From NCBI GenBank assembly GCA_963807105.1, contig CAWEAM010000010.1, positions 203,530 to 267,529 of the forward strand: a DNA stretch of 64,000 bases. Direction: 5' to 3'. The notes under the pieces were generated by a model. That model ran no database searches. It was not told the DNA's origin and saw only the letters and a list, made by a program, of their open reading frames with translations. This DNA is from an uncultured Acidobacteriota bacterium (GTDB lineage: Bacteria > Acidobacteriota > Vicinamibacteria > Vicinamibacterales > UBA2999). Positions 36,117-43,632 of this stretch are shown here, piece by piece. The position numbers and the translations under genes were made by a program. Positions within the stretch are counted from its first letter, which is position 1, and each line of letters begins with the position of its first letter.

Positions 36117-36887
36117 GTGAAGCTCGAGACGATGTATTCCACGGTGGACGATCGTGTTGCCACCGTCGTCCTCAATCGGCCGGATGTTCTGAACTGCGCC
36201 AACGAGCAATGGGCGCGCGACCTCAACACACTCGTCGACGATCTAGCCGCCAACGAGCGCCTCCGCGTGGTCGTCCTGCGCGGCGCCGGCCGCGCCTTTT
36301 GCAGCGGCATCGATCTCACCGCGCTGTCTCGCGGCGAAACCGGGATGACGTTCTTCCGCAATTGGGAGCAGGCGCTGCGCAAGATCGAAGCGCTCGATCC
36401 GATCGTCATCGCCGCGATTCACTCGCACTGCATCGGCGGCGGCCTGCAGGTCGCGCTTGCCTGCGATCTCCGCGTCGCCCGCGACGATGCACAATTCGGG
36501 ATCACGGCAGTGCGCGAGGGCATCATTCCGGGCATCGGCATGTGGCGCGTGGCGCGCCATGCGGGCATCGGGCGTGCGAAGCAGCTAGCGCTGGCCGCCG
36601 ACGTCATCGGCGCGGCCGCGGCGCTCGAGTGGGGGCTGGTCGAATGGGTCGCCGGCGCGGACGCGTTCGAGGCGAAGATTGCCGAGCTGACCGACCGGCT
36701 TTTGTCGATGGCGTGGACGTCGACGCGGCTCACCAAGAAGTTGACGAACATGGCCTTCGAGACACCCTTTGCCGAGTTCGTCGAAACCTACTTCGAGTAC
36801 CAACGCGCCGCGACGGCTTCGCCCGAGCATCAGCAGGTCCTGGCCGAGCACCGCGCCAGGCGCGCCGCGCGTGGTGAACGATCGTGA
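36117..36887 (+). CDS. enoyl-CoA hydratase/isomerase (crotonase) family protein
   Basis: In the frame of ORF 35337..36887. GTG at 36117 after GGAGA (or ATG at 36132). VATVVLNRPDVLNCAN, LRGAGRAFCSGIDL and HSHCIGGGLQVALACD. Confidence 0.85.
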   Translation: MKLETMYSTVDDRVATVVLNRPDVLNCANEQWARDLNTLVDDLAANERLRVVVLRGAGRAFCSGIDLTALSRGETGMTFFRNWEQALRKIEALDPIVIAAIHSHCIGGGLQVALACDLRVARDDAQFGITAVREGIIPGIGMWRVARHAGIGRAKQLALAADVIGAAAALEWGLVEWVAGADAFEAKIAELTDRLLSMAWTSTRLTKKLTNMAFETPFAEFVETYFEYQRAATASPEHQQVLAEHRARRAARGERS

Positions 36888-38194
36888 GCGCCCGTCGCGG
36901 GCTCCCGGCGGATCTCGAGCCGATCGAGCGGGCCAGCCGTGACGAGCTCGAAAGCGTGCAGCTCGAACGCCTCGGGTGGTCGATTCGCCGTGCCTACGAC
37001 CATGTCCCGCAGTATCGGAAGAAGTGCGCCGCCGCCGGCGCGCATCCCGACGACTTGCGGACCTTGACCGATCTCAGTCGATTTCCATTCACCACCAAGC
37101 AGGACCTGCGCGAGGGATATCCGTTCGGCCTGTTCGCGGTCCCGCGAACCGACGTCGTGCGCGTGCACGCATCGAGCGGTACCACCGGGAAGCCGACGGT
37201 CGTCGGCTATACCGCCCGCGATATCGAAACGTGGGCGACGTTGATGGCGCGCTCGATCCGAGCGGCCGGCGCGCGTCCGGGTGACATCGTGCACATCGCC
37301 TACGGCTACGGCCTTTTCACTGGCGGTCTCGGCGCGCATTACGGGGCCGAGAAGCTGGGGTGCACCGTCGTGCCGATGTCCGGCGGCCAGACCGAAAAGC
37401 AAGTGCAGCTCATCGTCGACTTCGAGCCCGCGGTGATCATGGCGACGCCCTCATACACGCTCAACATCTGCGAAGAGCTGGTGCGGCAGGGCTTCGATCC
37501 GCGAAGCACGTCACTCGAGGTCGGCATCTTCGGCGCCGAGCCGTGGACCGATGCGATGCGCACCGACATCGAGCAGCGGCTCGACCTCGACGCCGTCGAT
37601 TTATACGGCTTGTCAGAGGTGATCGGACCGGGCGTCGCCTGCGAATGCATCGAGGCGAAGGACGGTCCGGTGATTTGGGAGGATCACTTCCTTCCCGAGA
37701 TCGTCGATCCCGACACCGGCGCCGTGCTGCCAGACGGCGAGATCGGCGAGCTGGTGTTCACTTCGCTCACCAAAGAGGCGCTGCCGATCATCCGGTATCG
37801 CACGCGGGATCGTACCAGGCTGCTGCCGCCGACGGCACGGTCGATGCGGAGGATGGCGAGAATCACGGGCCGCACCGACGACATGCTGATCATCCGCGGC
37901 GTCAATCTCTTCCCCTCGCAGATCGAAGAGCTCATCGTTGGACAGCCGCATCTGGCGCCGCACTATCGCCTCGAGGTGCGCCGCGACGGCGCGCTCGATC
38001 ATCTCGACGTGCTCGTGGAAGTCGATCCGCAGGTGCCCGACGTGGCCGCCACCGGCGATGAGGCGGCCAGGGATCTGCAGCGGCGCATCAAGTCGTACAT
38101 CGGAGTGACCGCGTCGATCACGGTCTGCAAGCCCGGAACGATCGAGCGATCCCTTGGCAAGGCCAAGCGCGTCATTGACAGACGGAGTATCTAA
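36884..38194 (+). CDS. paaK: phenylacetate--CoA ligase
   Basis: FPFTTKQDLREGYPFGLFAVP, VHASSGTTGKPTVVGYT, YGLFTGGLGAHYGAEKLGCTVVPMSGG and IRGVNLFPSQIE. GTG overlaps the upstream stop (GTGA). Confidence 0.9.
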   Translation: MSARRGLPADLEPIERASRDELESVQLERLGWSIRRAYDHVPQYRKKCAAAGAHPDDLRTLTDLSRFPFTTKQDLREGYPFGLFAVPRTDVVRVHASSGTTGKPTVVGYTARDIETWATLMARSIRAAGARPGDIVHIAYGYGLFTGGLGAHYGAEKLGCTVVPMSGGQTEKQVQLIVDFEPAVIMATPSYTLNICEELVRQGFDPRSTSLEVGIFGAEPWTDAMRTDIEQRLDLDAVDLYGLSEVIGPGVACECIEAKDGPVIWEDHFLPEIVDPDTGAVLPDGEIGELVFTSLTKEALPIIRYRTRDRTRLLPPTARSMRRMARITGRTDDMLIIRGVNLFPSQIEELIVGQPHLAPHYRLEVRRDGALDHLDVLVEVDPQVPDVAATGDEAARDLQRRIKSYIGVTASITVCKPGTIERSLGKAKRVIDRRSI

Positions 38195-38199
38195 CGCAT

Positions 38200-38335
38200 A
38201 CCTGAGGTGCCTTGGGCGCCTGCAAGTGCCTATGGAGTCTGGGTGCTGAATGCGTTGGTGCTGGTGCTGGGCCTCGGGCACGCACTCAGCACCGAGCACC
38301 GGCACCCTCCAGGCACCTCAAGGCACCTCAGGCAC
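38200..38335. terminator. long nested hairpin between convergent genes; candidate bidirectional terminator
   Basis: The outer 13-bp inverted repeat is perfect (38201-38213 cctgaggtgcctt / 38320-38332 aaggcacctcagg). The inner repeat is 12/13 (38242-38254 / 38281-38293). No U-tract is evident. Confidence 0.35.
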
Positions 38336-38738
38336 CTTCAGGTGCCAGTACTGGCTTGATATCGATGACCGGCGTGCCATCGATCGCTTCGATGGGGCCA
38401 ACTCGCAGCCGATTCTGGCCCACCTTTCGCACCGTGACACGATGAAGGCCAATCGGATTGGGACGATCCGGCGAGCGCGTGGCGAACACGCCGGTGAGCA
38501 GCCGGCCGCGGTCCGAGCGCGGATAGACTTTCAGCACATCGCGCTTCGCCCTGTGTAGCCACGTGAGCACAACGATCGTGTCGCCGGCAGCGAGGCCATC
38601 GAGGCCCGCCGCCACTGACGGATCGATATCGATCCATGCGTCGGGCGCGCCTTCGGCGCCCTGCTTGGGCGCCTCTGCGCGCGTTTTGAGTGCCGATCGA
38701 ATCACTCCGATCGGCTTTACTTGCGCTCGTCGGCTCAT
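38328..38738 (-). CDS. tsaA: TsaA/YaeB-family protein (tRNA m6t6A37 methyltransferase TrmO-like domain)
   Basis: KPIGVIRS..EAPKQG, TWLHRA and FATRSPDRPNPIGLHRVTV..IDGTPVIDIKPVL. Confidence 0.8.
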   Translation of the reverse strand: MSRRAQVKPIGVIRSALKTRAEAPKQGAEGAPDAWIDIDPSVAAGLDGLAAGDTIVVLTWLHRAKRDVLKVYPRSDRGRLLTGVFATRSPDRPNPIGLHRVTVRKVGQNRLRVGPIEAIDGTPVIDIKPVLAPEGA

Positions 38739-38879
38739 CTACGGTTTCTCCGCTTCTGTCGCAGCGTTAATCGGTGGAAAAATTCATGAATCAAGGCATC
38801 AGCTTAGTCGTCTATCCCGTCACCGGCGTCGCGCGGGCGAAATCGGTCTATCGCCAGCTGCTAACGGTCGTGCCTCCCC

Positions 38880-39315
38880 TTGGTCAGTATCGCGCCGGGC
38901 AACTCGTTAACCTCGGCTTCCACCGGTGGGCGTTCAGGCCCGAAGTCGGTGTGTCGCGCCCGTTCGGACGTTGGACGATCGAGGGCTACACCGGCGTCTG
39001 GCTGTTCACGACGAACGACGCGTACTTTCCGGACGTGCGCGGGAGCAGCAGGATCCGGTTCTCGCTCTCCAGGCGCACGCCAGTTACGCGTTGCAGCGGC
39101 GGATGCGGGTTGCCGTAGACGGAACGTGGTTTTCCGGAGGCGAGACGCGGGTGGACGACATCCTCAATTCGGATCTGCAGCGCAACGCGCGGATGGGCGT
39201 CACGCTGTCCATCGGACAACAATCGTTGAAGTTCGTGTACAGCACGGGCTCCAGCACGCGCAGGGGATCCGACTTCGACACCACCACCGCCACCTGGCAG
39301 CTTGTGAGACTCTGA
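38880..39315 (+). pseudogene. remnant of an outer-membrane beta-barrel (MetA-pathway/phenol-degradation-type transporter family), 5-prime truncated and frame-shifted
   Basis: Frame A reads LGFHRWAFRPEVGVSRPFGRWTIEGYTGVWLFTTNDAYFPD. It then switches near 39045 to frame B: QDPVLALQAHASYALQRRMRVAVDGTWFSGGETRVDD..RNARMGVTLS..SLKFVYSTG. Only about half of a normal barrel is present. Confidence 0.45.
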
Positions 39316-39381
39316 GCGCCGCTTGACGTCACGTCTGGATGCCGTGCGGCCGTCCGACAACCGGATCACCGGCCTGTCGGC

Positions 39382-39924
39382 ATGACTTCGACTGCTGTCG
39401 GGCCTGCTGGTGGTGTTTGCCGTCTTTCAATTGATGGCCGAAGCGCTGGGCAGCGATCGCGGGCAAGCGGGCTTGATCGTCGCCGCGATCGTCGTGGCTG
39501 CGACGATTGGCGCGCCGAGCGGGTGCTGTTCGGCCGTTCAATTGGGGCTGCCACGTCGGCTCTCGGGCTCGGTCGTGCACCGGCGATCGGCCTGCTCGCC
39601 GCCGCCGTGTGCTTGCTGCTCATGCTGAGCGTTCCGGTTTTTGCGCGGGTGAGCGGTACCACGCTCTCGCTCGCTCCGGACTGGTTGTCGGCCCTACCGG
39701 GACTCTTCGCACAGGCCGGCATCGCGGAAGAGACGCTGTTTCGCGGCTATCTCTATGGTCATCTAAGAGACGGACGGTCGTTCTGGCGTGCAAGTGCCCT
39801 CTCGATACTGCCGTTCAGCGCGGTGCACCTGTACCTCTTCCTTACGATGCCCTGGCCCATCGCGCTGGCTGCGGTTCTCTTTGCGGTTGTGGCGTCACTT
39901 CCGCGCGGCATGCTTCGACCGTAA
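39382..39924 (+). pseudogene. CPBP-family intramembrane protease (CAAX protease-like), frame-shifted and 3-prime truncated
   Basis: The EE..FRG motif (GIAEETLFRGYLYGHL) and the following His helix are present. N-terminal TM helices read in another frame (LVVFAVFQLMAEALG..IVAAIVVAATIGA, ORF 39410..). The final conserved His-helix is missing, and the ORF ends where the IS-end repeat begins. Confidence 0.6.
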
Positions 39925-39974
39925 GGTGGCCAACTGCACGGCTCACCGTCACCGCCCCGATCGACCGATATCAA

Positions 39975-40000
39975 TCAGTTATTTCCTGACAATCCCTTAG
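39975..40000 (+). repeat. IS terminal sequence, copy 1
   Basis: tcagttatttcctgacaatcccttag versus 41766-41791 tcagttatttcctgacaggcccttag (24/26, same orientation). Confidence 0.75.
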
Positions 40001-40160
40001 TAGTGGCGTGTATCGGCTGAATCACTAGTCCCTTCCGGGGCATCGCCGCTGGCGGCGTTGCTTCTCCCTCAGATACGCTGAGTATCCCCGGTCGTCGCGC
40101 CTTGCCATCGGGGCGCCGCGCTCGGGAATTCACTACTGATTCAGCCGATACGCGCCACTA
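40001..40160. mobile_element. MITE-like non-autonomous element, 160 bp
   Basis: 24-bp terminal inverted repeats match 23/24 (40001-40024 tagtggcgtgtatcggctgaatca; 40137-40160 is its complement). The 112-bp core has no ORF. A TA dinucleotide flanks both sides if the TIR is taken from GTGGCG. Confidence 0.7.
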
Positions 40161-41367
40161 GCCTAGTCCGCTCCAACGCATGGCCGTCTCGGAAGATGCC
40201 GATTATCACTGCGAGCACGGCCAGATCCTTGACGAACACGATGGCGGAAAACGTTGGCGATGCCATGTCCAACGCATCGAAGGCGACTGGAAAGACAACG
40301 TAGTTCCATACCGCCAGGAACGCGAGCACGCCAACGACGCGCGCGTCGCCGACGAACATCAGCGCCGGCACCATGTACCAGAGAATCCACTGCGGCGAAT
40401 CGATGCGCGAGAACGTGACGAACAAGTAAATCGCCAGAATGACGTATCGGAACACGTCAGCCAGCGACCGGACGCGTCCGGACAACAGCACGGGAATGAT
40501 CGAGAACTGCAGAGCGAAAAAGATGACCTTGACAATCTGCCAGCCACTGTCATCGATCCTGAGCGGTCCCCGATACTGCTCCAGCAGCCAATACAGATTG
40601 AAGTACTGACCGCCCCTTCCGGCGTGGAAGCGGTACGGGACCAGCACGCCCTCCCACGTGAAGGCCGCGATGCTCGCGAGAACGACGACGACCACCGTCG
40701 CAACGTAGACACTGCCGTAGCGAATCGTCTCTGACCGCCAGATGTTGGACAGCCGGATGGGCGCGCGCTCGTGCGCCAGGTGAAAGGCGACGTAGACGGG
40801 AAACGCCAGTGCCGGATACCACTTCACAAACGTCGCCACGCCGAGCAGCGCATGCGCGAGCCGGTAGCGGCCACGCGCGAAGGCTGCGAGACTGGCGCAG
40901 AGGACAAGAGCGCACAGGATGTCGAAGCGCATCAGGCTGAAGTACAGAGGCGACGGCAGGAGCAACAGAAGTACCGGGATAGGATTCAGGTCATGGCTGA
41001 CGCGGAACCACGCCAGCAGATAGATGGTCGTGACCAGCACTGCGGCCATACCAGCGGACCAACGAAAGCGGTACGCCTCCCTGCTGACGTGCCAGCCCGG
41101 GCTGATCAGTAAGGGTGCGGCGAACGCCATTGTGGCGACCGGCGGGTACTCGGATCGCACATCCAGGTAGGGAACCGCCGCAGCAGGCAGGAATTGCGCG
41201 ATGTCGTAAAAGACGTCGCGATCGAAATCATCCGAGACCCAACGGTGCGTCCAGGCGCGGCTATGCGCGGCTTCGATGCCAATGAGTGTCAGATACACCG
41301 CGCTCACGGCGCAGCTGATCAGGACGATCGTTCTGACGGAGAGAGCCGGCACTACGCGGCGTCGCAA
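40141..41367 (-). CDS. polytopic membrane protein, GT87/DUF2029-like (GT-C) glycosyltransferase candidate
   Basis: 408 aa with about 10 TM segments. It has VRSEYPPVATMAFAAPLL, resembling the YPP motif region of DUF2029 proteins. TTG or GTG start. The last six codons and the stop lie inside the MITE right TIR. Confidence 0.6.
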   Translation of the reverse strand: MRRRVVPALSVRTIVLISCAVSAVYLTLIGIEAAHSRAWTHRWVSDDFDRDVFYDIAQFLPAAAVPYLDVRSEYPPVATMAFAAPLLISPGWHVSREAYRFRWSAGMAAVLVTTIYLLAWFRVSHDLNPIPVLLLLLPSPLYFSLMRFDILCALVLCASLAAFARGRYRLAHALLGVATFVKWYPALAFPVYVAFHLAHERAPIRLSNIWRSETIRYGSVYVATVVVVVLASIAAFTWEGVLVPYRFHAGRGGQYFNLYWLLEQYRGPLRIDDSGWQIVKVIFFALQFSIIPVLLSGRVRSLADVFRYVILAIYLFVTFSRIDSPQWILWYMVPALMFVGDARVVGVLAFLAVWNYVVFPVAFDALDMASPTFSAIVFVKDLAVLAVIIGIFRDGHALERTRLVARIG

Positions 41368-41504
41368 TGTCCGCAGGCCTCCGCACTCACGCGGGCCGAG
41401 ATTTCCACAAAGGGGTCGGGTCTAATTCACGATTCGCCACTGGTACGCAGAATCTACTACACACCGACGGCTGTCTGAGGGCGCGTGCGATCTTGTGGTT
41501 GAGC

Positions 41505-41791
41505 TTCATCTAAAGAAGATCGCCTGTTCTCCCACATCGCCATGAACTGCGCGGGACCCCGCTCGTGAATCTCGCCACGATTGTGAGCCTCATCGGCTCG
41601 ACCCACAGCCGGTTAGGCTTAGGTGTCCGATCCGAGGTCGATCGAGGTCGCTATCCTGGCGGCGTGTCGGTGACTGACGCACAGCTGGCCAAGGTGCGGC
41701 TGGAGCGGCATCAGTTCCACGGCGACTGGAACTACACCATTCACCCTGGCAGCGCCGGAAATAGGTCAGTTATTTCCTGACAGGCCCTTAG
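41505..41791 (+). mobile_element. ISAzo13-family transposase gene remnant (last 90 codons or so, frame-shifted) with IS end
   Basis: ..EDRLFSHIAMN..PLVNLATIVSLIGSTHSRLGLGVRSEVDRGRYPGGVSVTDAQLAKVRLERHQFHGDWNYTIHP. The HxFHGxWNYTI C-terminus is what I remember for ISAzo13-type DDE transposases. There is a frame break near 41553-41558. Confidence 0.6.
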
Positions 41792-43632
41792 GACACTTGC
41801 GGCGCTCTGGCCGACGGCGACCGAGCGTAGGCGGCAGCCTGGATCGCGTACAGCTCCGCGTAATGACCGCGCGCCGCCATCAGCGTGTCGTGCGATCCGA
41901 TTTCGACGACTCGCGCACCGTCCAGCACGACGATGAGGTCGGCCATACGGACGGTCGAGAAGCGATGCGAGACGAGAATCGTCACGCCCTTTCTGCCGCC
42001 GTCGTCCTTCGCCGCCGCCGCGTAGCGCTCGAAGAGCGCATGCTCGGTCTCGGCATCGAGCGCCGCGGTCGGCTCGTCGAGCACGAGCAGCAGCGGCTGG
42101 TCGCGCATGAAACCGCGTGCGAGCGCCAGCTTCTGCCACTGTCCGAAGCTGAGTTCGACGCCGCCCGGCCAGGTCGGGCCCAGCTGCGTATCGAAGGCAG
42201 CCGGCAACTGCGCGATAACATCGCTGGCGCCGGCGCGCGCCACCGCCGTGTCTACGGCTGGTTCGCTGTCGAGTCGCGGCAGATCGCCGATGCCGACGCT
42301 GTGTCGCGCGATCAGCTCGAAGCGGAAAAAATCCTGGAAGGCGCCGGCAAGACGAGCGCGCCAGTCGATTGTCGAGATGCGTGAGAGCTCCGTCGACCCG
42401 ATCAGGATGCGGCCGCTCGTCGGCTCGTACATCTTGGCGAGCAGCTTGACCAGCGTGGACTTGCCGGCCCCGTTCTCGCCGACGATCGCGACGACGGCGG
42501 ACGTCGGCAGCGACAAGGTGACGTCGTCGAGAACCAGACGGTCCGTTCCCGGGTACGCGAATGACACGTGCTCGAACCGAATGCCGTCCGTCAGACGATC
42601 GGGGGCCGGTTGATCGGCGGTTGCCGTGATCGAACGCGCGTAATCCTCGAGCCAGGCGAGACGCCTCGAGGCATCCAGCCAGACCCCGCGCAGGAATCCG
42701 ACCTCTCCAACGGTGGCTCCGACATAGAAGGAAAGGCGCGAGCCGGCCGCCAGCGTCAGCAGTACGTGGTCGGCCGGGGCCTGCAGAACGGATGTCACGA
42801 ACACGATGGCGGCTACATATCCGGCGGCGAAGACCGCCCAGGCGAGCGTGTGCCAAACGGCGGAAGACCATCGCGCCCGCGCAGTCGCTCGATAACCGGC
42901 GTCCCAGGCCGATCGCCGATCGTGGATCAATCGGGTGCCGATGCCGGTGACGCGGACTTCCTTGCCCGCTGCCGCCGTCGTCGCGACATCGAACAGGTGA
43001 CGCGCGAGACGGCTTGCCTGTGCGCCGCGCTCATAGGCGGTGCGCTCGACGCCCGGTCGCCAGCTGGACGTCCACACCGTGGGCAGCGCGAAGAGCGCCA
43101 GGAGCGCCAGCGCTGGATGGATCGAGACGAGCAGCGCTATCGTGACCGCCAGCCGCAGAATCCATCCACATGTCGTGAAGAGCGACATGTACATGTGGTC
43201 GAGCATGAACACCTGATTCCGCAGCACGGCGAGGCGATCGAGATAGTCGGGCCGCTCCTGATGCGCAATCGTTGGAATCGACGCCAGCAGGGTCGCGACG
43301 TGCGACTCGAGCGCAATCGTCACCTTGTCGCGAAAGCGCCGCTGCACGCGCGTGCTGACGGTGAGCAGGAACCACGTCGCGACCGAAGAGACGCCGATGG
43401 CGAGCAACGCTACGCGGACGCGGCTCCAGTCGCCTTGCAGCGCGCCTTCGCCAATCACCTTGAACCAGTAGGCGAGGAGCGCGTCGGGCAGCGCCGCCAG
43501 CAGGGCGAGCGTGAAGGCCGCGACGATCAGCCCGGGCTCGTGCTGATAGCCAAGCTTGCAGAGCCGCCACATCGACGCAAGCGCCGGCGGCAGATTGTCT
43601 CGGGTGCTGCTCTTGTCAAGCGAGGACGTCAT
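41788..43632 (-). CDS. ABC transporter, fused permease/ATP-binding protein (exporter type)
   Basis: N-terminal 6-TM domain. Walker A is GENGAGKSTLVKLL, the signature is LSFGQWQKLALAR, and Walker B is LLVLDEPTAALD. Confidence 0.9.
   Translation of the reverse strand: MTSSLDKSSTRDNLPPALASMWRLCKLGYQHEPGLIVAAFTLALLAALPDALLAYWFKVIGEGALQGDWSRVRVALLAIGVSSVATWFLLTVSTRVQRRFRDKVTIALESHVATLLASIPTIAHQERPDYLDRLAVLRNQVFMLDHMYMSLFTTCGWILRLAVTIALLVSIHPALALLALFALPTVWTSSWRPGVERTAYERGAQASRLARHLFDVATTAAAGKEVRVTGIGTRLIHDRRSAWDAGYRATARARWSSAVWHTLAWAVFAAGYVAAIVFVTSVLQAPADHVLLTLAAGSRLSFYVGATVGEVGFLRGVWLDASRRLAWLEDYARSITATADQPAPDRLTDGIRFEHVSFAYPGTDRLVLDDVTLSLPTSAVVAIVGENGAGKSTLVKLLAKMYEPTSGRILIGSTELSRISTIDWRARLAGAFQDFFRFELIARHSVGIGDLPRLDSEPAVDTAVARAGASDVIAQLPAAFDTQLGPTWPGGVELSFGQWQKLALARGFMRDQPLLLVLDEPTAALDAETEHALFERYAAAAKDDGGRKGVTILVSHRFSTVRMADLIVVLDGARVVEIGSHDTLMAARGHYAELYAIQAAAYARSPSARAPQVS

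Noticed and set aside
38301-38340. Short tandem repeats as a possible CRISPR array.
   Set aside because: The units are 9-11 nt with no spacers and partly lie inside a coding region. No array-like repeat-spacer structure occurs anywhere in the window.
38786-38870. VOC/glyoxalase-like N-terminal scrap (GISLVVYPVTGVARAKSVYRQLL).
   Set aside because: Only about 25 residues resemble the family. That is too short to call as a feature, so it is mentioned only in the decay-zone finding.
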